DNA of 31,655 nt from an archaeon (GTDB lineage: Archaea; Iainarchaeota; Iainarchaeia; Iainarchaeales; Iainarchaeaceae), in assembly GCA_035289485.1 (NCBI GenBank), contig DATDXA010000021.1, forward strand, positions 1 through 31,655, given 5' to 3'. Position numbers and translations under genes: made by a program. Of this stretch, positions 26,342 to 31,655 are shown piece after piece (position 1 is the first letter of the stretch; the number at the start of each line of letters is the position of its first letter). The notes under the pieces were generated by a model. The model worked only from the letters and a program-made list of their open reading frames with translations. It did no database searches and was not told where the DNA came from.

Positions 26342-26635
26342 ATGCGGGTTGACTGGAGTTTTCATGCAAAGGAGAGATGGCTTGAAAAATTCGGCCATCA
26401 CGGAATTTACTTTCAAGATGTTGAAGATCACATAATTGTGCAGAAGATAAGAATTCTAGAAGGCGAAGGGAAATTCAGGACAATATTCAAAATAGGTAAC
26501 AGTTTTGTCACGGCAATCAAGATAGAAAAGGAGAAAAAGATCAAAGTCATAACTATATGGGCATCGAATTCAAGGGAGGTATTGATTTGGAAAAACGCGT
26601 CATCGAATGCTTCTGCGGCGGAAAAGCAGACTTGA
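26342..26635 (+). CDS. DUF4258/RelE-BrnT-like putative toxin
   Basis: WSFHAKERW...GI and C-terminal VITIW; overlaps the zinc-finger gene. Confidence 0.7.
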   Translation: MRVDWSFHAKERWLEKFGHHGIYFQDVEDHIIVQKIRILEGEGKFRTIFKIGNSFVTAIKIEKEKKIKVITIWASNSREVLIWKNASSNASAAEKQT

Positions 26636-26793
26636 AATTTGAGGACCTGAAAATAAAAACCGCGGGGATTACCATTAAGGATACGGGATATTACAAGTGC
26701 CGCAAATGCGCTGATAAATTCTCAACAAGCGAGCAGATGCATGATATTGACAGGAAACTCAAAACGCAGCTCAAAATGCTTGCAAAGGCGTGA
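26587..26793 (+). CDS. YgiT/MqsA-type zinc-finger putative antitoxin
   Basis: C.CGG ... I..TGYYKCRKC..KF; SD GGAGGT at 26575-26580 before TTG 26587. Confidence 0.72.
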   Translation: MEKRVIECFCGGKADLKFEDLKIKTAGITIKDTGYYKCRKCADKFSTSEQMHDIDRKLKTQLKMLAKA

Positions 26794-26795
26794 AT

Positions 26796-28380
26796 TCATT
26801 TCTTTGTTTCAATCTTCTTGAAAAGTATTTCCCTCGAGCCAAGTTTCGTTCCGGCCTTGAGCAGTCCGAATTTTACATCACCCAGGTTCCCGAGCGGAGC
26901 ATTGAGCTGCTTTGAAATGCGCTCCGCGGTTTGCGGGATAAATGGCAGGAGAAGTATTGCAATCACGCGCAGAGAATCAAGAAGAGAATAGAGCGCAATC
27001 TCAGCTTTTTCGCCTTCAAGGTTCCAGACCTGTGAATCATTCACGTACTTGTTGCACGCTGAGGCGAAAGTAAAAATCTCCGCTAGCGCGACATGCGTTT
27101 CGAGCTTGTCCATTGAGGAAATTATTTTTTCGAGGTTTAGTTTCTTTGCAAGTTCTGGGTCTGTTTTCGCTTTTGGAACGATGTTATTGAGCTTTTTTTC
27201 CGAGAGCGCCATTGTGCGGTTCAGCAGGTTCCCCAAATCATTTGCAAGCTCGCTGTTGTGGCGCTCAATCAGAAGCTCTGTTGAAAAATTGCCATCTTCT
27301 CCGAGCGGGATGTCACGGAGCAGGTAATATCTCACCGTGTCGGTTCCGTAAGTTGAAGCGAGTTCGAATGGGTCAATCATATTGCCCGTTGTTTTGGAAA
27401 GCTTCTCTCCGGAAGCCGCGTTGATGAAACCGTGCACGAAAACTTTTTTCGGGGGCTCTATTCCTGCTGAAAAAAGAATTGCCGGCCAAATCACACTATG
27501 AAACCACAAAATATCCTTTCCTATTACATGCATATCCGCTGGCCAGAACTTTTTGGATTTTGCAGAAGGATAATCAACGCCTGAGAGATAATTTAGCAAA
27601 GCGTCAAACCAAACGTAAATTACGTGTTTTGGGTTATTTTTGAGAGGAATGCCCCATTCAAAACTGGTGCGCGAAACGCTAAGGTCCTTGAGGCCTTCTT
27701 TGACGCGGTTGATTATTTCCTGCCTTCTGCGCACGGGAAAAATAAACTCCGGGGTCTTTTCAAAAAAATCGAGCAACTGCTTTTGGTATTTTGACATCTT
27801 GAAAAAATAACTCTCTTCTTTTAGCGCTTCCACGGGGCGCTTGTGCACGGGGCAGAGTCCCCCTGAGAGATCTTTCTCCAAATAAAACGCCTCGCACGCG
27901 GTGCAATAAAGCCCCTCGTAAGTTCCGAGATAGATATCGCCATTATTAAGAACTTTTTGGAAAATATCACGGCACATATTTTCATGCGCAGATTCGGTTG
28001 TGCGGATGAAGCGGTCATTGGAAATGTTCCACTGCGTGCAGAGCTTGTGGAAAAACTTCACCTGCTCATCAACGAACTCCCTGGGCTTCTTTCCGGCCTT
28101 TTCTGCAGAGCTTTGTATCTTCTTGCCGTGCTCATCAGTTCCAGTTAGAAAGAAAACATTAGTTCCCTTGAGCCTCTGCCAGCGCGCGATGCAGTCAGCA
28201 ACTGTTTTTTCATAGGCGTGGCCGAAGATGGGGCTTAGAGTTAGGGTAATCAATTGCGGTTGTGATATAGAAATTGCCCTTTTTGCTTGTAGCCACTTCA
28301 CCCCCATCGCGCTTAACTTTTAGCTGCTTTTTTGCAGGCTTAACGGAAATTTTTGCTTTGGGCTTAGTTTTTTTCTTCAT
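26796..28380 (-). CDS. metG: Methionyl-tRNA synthetase, bacterial-like single-knuckle type, with a +1 frame break near 28224
   Basis: The frame from ATG 28380 gives ...FYITTAIDYPNSKPHL, then after one extra nt GHAYE continues in the 26796..28307 frame. Also GTDEHG, CxxC...CPVH, YVWFDAL, GKDI..FH and KLSKT (KMSKS). Confidence 0.93.
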
Positions 28381-28383
28381 AAG

Positions 28384-29481
28384 CTACTTCACCAAGTTTA
28401 ATCTTCTGATTACATTGGCTTCTGCCAAGTCTAAATCACGCAGCCTATCCTGATGCTGCATATATGGTCTTAATAGGCTAAAAAGCTTAAATAAAGAGGC
28501 TTTGCGAGCGATGCCAATACGCCAAAAATCCTGATGCTGAGTTATATGATTGGCTTTAGTTTCTAATTTATAAGTGCATTTAATCCCTAAGGAAAGTAAC
28601 TTTTCATATGCGGTTTTGAGTAATATTCTATCGTAAGAACCAACCCTGAATCTTGCACGGTTATCATAAATTTTTATTGTGCCTTCAGCATCAACATAAC
28701 CTGCAAAAAATGACAAAAAATAAGTATCATCCTGCAAAATCCAATCTTCTATTTTATCCACTTTTGGCAATAGAAAAGAGAACGTGTTATTCAAATTGCA
28801 CTGAAAACTGTAAGTGCCATCATAGTCATAGAAAAAGTAATGACCATATTTTTCAAAGAGACTTTTCATCAGTTCCAACTGGGCGTTTTTAGTCGTGCTT
28901 GATTTTATGCAAATTGTAAAAGAGCTGTCTCGTTCACAGCACAAATCGCCTAGCCGGAATCCAATCAGATATGATTTTTCTATCAAATCGCCAGAGAAAT
29001 CACTTTTTTCATAAATTGTATTTGTTTCCCCGCTTGATCTTGTTTCAATTTTATTGGCACGAAGTTTATCCAATACAACTGAGTGAGAAAGGCCGACCTC
29101 TTTGCCAATAGTTTCAAGTGACATTTTTCTTAAAACATACATATCGTAAAGAGTGTCATATTTCAGCGGAACTCTTTTCAATGGGCGCCTTGAAATTCCA
29201 AAATTGGCAAGATTGTTCCAAACTGTTGTCCTGCCTATGCCAAGAACTTTTGCGATTTTGTATGTGGAATAACACTTATTTTCATATAAATCGGCAAGGG
29301 TTTCTTTTGAAAGAGGAATTTTCTTTTTTGGCTCCCGGATAGGTATTTCATACTTTCTCAACCTATTCTGAATAACAGTTGCATCGCAAGAATAAATTTT
29401 AGCTATTGCATAGGTGGATTTCTTTTCTGAAATATAAAGCCGGCTAAGTTCATCTTTATCAATCGGCACTTTAGCTGACAT
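28384..29481 (-). CDS. LAGLIDADG-family endonuclease-like protein with three N-terminal HTH repeats
   Basis: Motifs YLIGFRLGDL and FFAGYVDAEG; three ~50-aa repeats (L..LY....S...IAK..G.....V...L....I..R); SD GAGGAG; visibly more AT-rich than the core genes. Confidence 0.88.
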   Translation of the reverse strand: MSAKVPIDKDELSRLYISEKKSTYAIAKIYSCDATVIQNRLRKYEIPIREPKKKIPLSKETLADLYENKCYSTYKIAKVLGIGRTTVWNNLANFGISRRPLKRVPLKYDTLYDMYVLRKMSLETIGKEVGLSHSVVLDKLRANKIETRSSGETNTIYEKSDFSGDLIEKSYLIGFRLGDLCCERDSSFTICIKSSTTKNAQLELMKSLFEKYGHYFFYDYDGTYSFQCNLNNTFSFLLPKVDKIEDWILQDDTYFLSFFAGYVDAEGTIKIYDNRARFRVGSYDRILLKTAYEKLLSLGIKCTYKLETKANHITQHQDFWRIGIARKASLFKLFSLLRPYMQHQDRLRDLDLAEANVIRRLNLVK

Positions 29482-29501
29482 AATATCAACTCCTCAACTC
29501 T

Positions 29502-29515
29502 AAAAGAAAAAGGTT
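29502..29515 (-). terminator. U-tract (AACCUUUUUCUUUU) after a hairpin; possible terminator/attenuator
   Basis: The identical 14-mer lies directly 3' of tRNA-Ala (20655-20668). Confidence 0.4.
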
Positions 29516-29577
29516 ACTAGGGTTCGGTGCCGGTGTCAAGTATGGCATAACTGAACAGCGAATTATGGACGGACGAT

Positions 29578-29703
29578 TCATTCCAAATCGCCTCCGAATT
29601 CTGAGAGTATCCATAACTCCCTGTCAGTCAGCTCTTCTTCATTATAGGCTGACCTCATTGCACTCCTAAACTCTTCTTTTGATGGAAATTGTATTTTCAA
29701 CAT
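29578..29703 (-). CDS. Unannotated 41-aa acidic small protein
   Basis: MLKIQFPSKEEFRSAMRSAYNEEELTDRELWILSEFGGDLE; strong SD GGAGGTGG 4 nt before the ATG. Confidence 0.6.
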   Translation of the reverse strand: MLKIQFPSKEEFRSAMRSAYNEEELTDRELWILSEFGGDLE

Positions 29704-29866
29704 TAAACCACCTCCGAAAAACAATTTTCCGAAGACGGCTCGGGGCTTTTGGAGGCATTAAATCCTTTTGGATTCACAAGAAGACGAAAGGTTTAAGCCG
29801 AGAAAAGCCCAGCCGTAGGAAAATTGTCGGAGGTGGCTGTTGAAATAATCCACCAGACCGAAGTCT
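29695..29866 (-). ncRNA. Structured leader RNA: ~54-bp imperfect fold-back plus a cUUCGg hairpin
   Basis: Eight nested complementary blocks between 29695-29768 and 29787-29845; AGAC-UUCG-GUCU at 29855-29866 on the minus strand. Confidence 0.6.
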
Positions 29867-29908
29867 CAAACCGAAAGAATATATTCGGGAACGGCTTTTA
29901 GTTTTAAT

Positions 29909-30958
29909 ATGAAACGATTTAGTAGAGCCGAGTTAGGGCTGGCGCCACCACCCATTCCCAAGGACATAATAATTACATCTCACCCTAAAGGAAGGAACCG
30001 AGAGAGGCTTGTTACCGCACTCTTCAAAATGAAAGCTATAACTCCATCTCAGGCAAGAGAGGAGCTTGGCCTTATACATACAAGAAGAGTTACCGGTCCA
30101 ATTCCACGGTCTATTGATAGGCGAAAGGCAACAGACCGCGCATCTCAGGCGGTTCTTGAAGCAGGCTTTTATCCTAAAGGCAGAGTTGGAGACGCTGCAA
30201 TAGTTGGCAGCAGAGTGCCTGCAAATACTCACACTCAAACATATTATCGCCAAGGGGCAGACCAGCCAGATATTGCAACAGATGTTAGGCGGGTTAGAAC
30301 TGAACTGCACGGAAAATGGAATAGAACACCCATACGCCTTTATTCGGTAGAACAAGGACAGTTGCCAGATTCAATGCATCTAAAAGGCGCGGCTAGGGCA
30401 GTTTCACATTTAAGCAGGGGAAGCAAAATACATTTTAGGGGATTTGATGAGATTGTGCCTACCCTAGCTGAGCACGGAATGTTGGATAGAATACCCTCAA
30501 CGCCTTTAGGCTATGAACATGCAAGGGCAAAACATAATCCTTTTCGGATAGTTGGAAGATTTTTGGAAGTGAGTGATAACCCGCAGCATTATTCAAAATT
30601 TAGCATTCTTTCAAAAGGCAAAATGCCATTTTCAAAACTTGCCAAAAAAATGGATGGGCAAAAAGTGGGGGCCAGACGTGAAGATGAGGCTCTTGCAAAT
30701 CTTCTTCTCAAAGAAAAAGGGATTAATTGCAAAATTGTCTGGGTTGCAAACCCCGAAGAAGCTGTGAGCAAAGGCGTTGTAGACTTTGCATTTGGGCATG
30801 TGACATCAGGTGGCACGGCAAAAAAACACGGATTGCACTGGAATCCAGTTTTATGGTCGTCACAAGTTGCAGTCGTTCACAAAGACGCCCTGAAAAATCC
30901 AAAAGTCACACGGTTTTTGGCCGAGTTGAAAAAACAAAAGGCCTTGCATAAATTATAA
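29909..30958 (+). CDS. Degenerate ATP phosphoribosyltransferase (HisG)-like / PBP2-fold protein
   Basis: HPKGR..E, FDEIVPTLAEHGMLD, EEAVSKGVVDFAFGHVTSGGTAKKHGL...WSSQVAVVH resemble HisG motifs, but the PRPP-loop Asp is lost; BRE/TATA-like CGAAAGAATATATT upstream. Confidence 0.6.
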   Translation: MKRFSRAELGLAPPPIPKDIIITSHPKGRNRERLVTALFKMKAITPSQAREELGLIHTRRVTGPIPRSIDRRKATDRASQAVLEAGFYPKGRVGDAAIVGSRVPANTHTQTYYRQGADQPDIATDVRRVRTELHGKWNRTPIRLYSVEQGQLPDSMHLKGAARAVSHLSRGSKIHFRGFDEIVPTLAEHGMLDRIPSTPLGYEHARAKHNPFRIVGRFLEVSDNPQHYSKFSILSKGKMPFSKLAKKMDGQKVGARREDEALANLLLKEKGINCKIVWVANPEEAVSKGVVDFAFGHVTSGGTAKKHGLHWNPVLWSSQVAVVHKDALKNPKVTRFLAELKKQKALHKL

Positions 30959-30963
30959 AAAAA

Positions 30964-31410
30964 CTAATTATAATAAGGAGGTCGCTTAGAAAAAGCGGAT
31001 TGAACTTCTCTTTGTGAAAAACCTGCTGACAAACAGTCTTTTTCACTAGCGCCTGCAAGCCGTGCATCCAATGCATCGTAACCTGCACTCCTTAATTTAG
31101 GCAAGATAAATGGTTCAGTTTCTAAAACTTTTTTAAGAGGGGTGGTTATTATCATCTTCTGAAAATCCGCTTTTCCAAAACCGAGATCAATCAATTCGCC
31201 CCTCGAATAACCGTGTGTTACTAATTGACCAACAGAAAAACCCCTTGCTTTGAGAACGCTAGCATTAAGCCGTCTTGCCAGCAATTGTTTAACACTGGGC
31301 CGAGTTGGCTTGGGCACAAAAAACAATCTAGTTAAGTCCTCAAATGGCATTGCCCTTGTCATGCCTTTAGCAGTTCTAGTTGATTTGGGTAATTGACCTT
31401 TTTTCAGCAT
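30964..31410 (-). CDS. Hypothetical basic protein with LxxxG(F/Y) short repeats
   Basis: LKARGFS, LVTHGYS, LIDLGFG, LRSAGYD, CLSAGFS; ATG 31410 with TTTATA ~35 nt upstream. Confidence 0.7.
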   Translation of the reverse strand: MLKKGQLPKSTRTAKGMTRAMPFEDLTRLFFVPKPTRPSVKQLLARRLNASVLKARGFSVGQLVTHGYSRGELIDLGFGKADFQKMIITTPLKKVLETEPFILPKLRSAGYDALDARLAGASEKDCLSAGFSQREVQSAFSKRPPYYN

Positions 31411-31655
31411 ATAATATCTACAATACAAAAACGATTTCCAAAAATATAAATCTTCCGCTATTGCGATTTTAGAAAAAATATGAGGATTTTGTTTTAAGGA
31501 TATAAAACGGTTAGCCCATTACCGGAAGTGCGCATTTGCTTTCCTGAAAAATGCGTTGCAAAAAGGTGGGAAACCGAATTCAATCCGCTTAACTTCGATT
31601 AGCGCGTTATTCAGTAAGTACGTTTACAATACGCAAATTCTCCTAAATACGCGCA

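Noticed and set aside
28224..28307. ORF-track start of metG (MGVKWLQ...)
   Set aside because: The conserved FYITTAIDYPN..PHL N-terminus is in another frame.
28384..29866. LAGLIDADG as part of a tRNA/rRNA intron, a metG intron or an intein
   Set aside because: I found no tRNA halves or rRNA exons flanking it and no intein termini; the metG break is only 1 nt and lies downstream.
29482..29880. T-box, SAM or fluoride riboswitch, RNase P RNA, SRP RNA or hammerhead identity for the structured region
   Set aside because: By eye I could not find UGGNACC, the RNase P GAGGAAAGUCC/ACAGAA cores, SRP helix 8 or CUGANGA; a cmscan is still needed.
31430..31655. Terminal non-coding stretch with a weak hairpin (gcgcattt...aaatgcgt)
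   Set aside because: No convincing ORF or RNA signature, and it is truncated by the window edge.

Overview
This is an archaeal chromosome segment. A DPANN-type organism (Iainarchaeota/Diapherotrites-like) is my inference from gene set, short intergenics, TATA/leaderless starts and many Lys/Arg-rich orphans; it is not proven. Core content: the conserved archaeal exosome/proteasome superoperon on the minus strand (rpl15e, rnp3, HD protein, rnp2, psmA, SBDS, rrp4, rrp41, rrp42, rpl37ae, rpoP, pcc1, pfdB, DHH), an ABC-2 exporter, a class II Fic protein, a TtuA/NcsA tRNA thiolase, two TA pairs, PEP synthase, GT2 plus GT-C glycosyltransferases, DUF2226-like/roadblock-like/MinD/Sm genes, aIF5A, and two tRNAs (Val-GAC with a 32-nt BHB intron; Ala-GGC). 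The most unusual locus is the right end on the minus strand. A ~150-nt, ~54-bp fold-back with a neighbouring cUUCGg hairpin sequesters the SD and AUG of an unannotated 41-aa ORF. More hairpins and a U-tract follow, then a triple-HTH LAGLIDADG gene whose stop lies 3 nt before a bacterial-type metG, and that metG has a +1 frame break (CUU-CGG-C) inside its HLGH motif. Other points: a tandem 39-bp palindromic operator array before fic, degenerate enzyme homologues (HisG-, TrmB-, LMW-PTP-like) among basic-tailed orphans, and small dispersed hairpin repeats.
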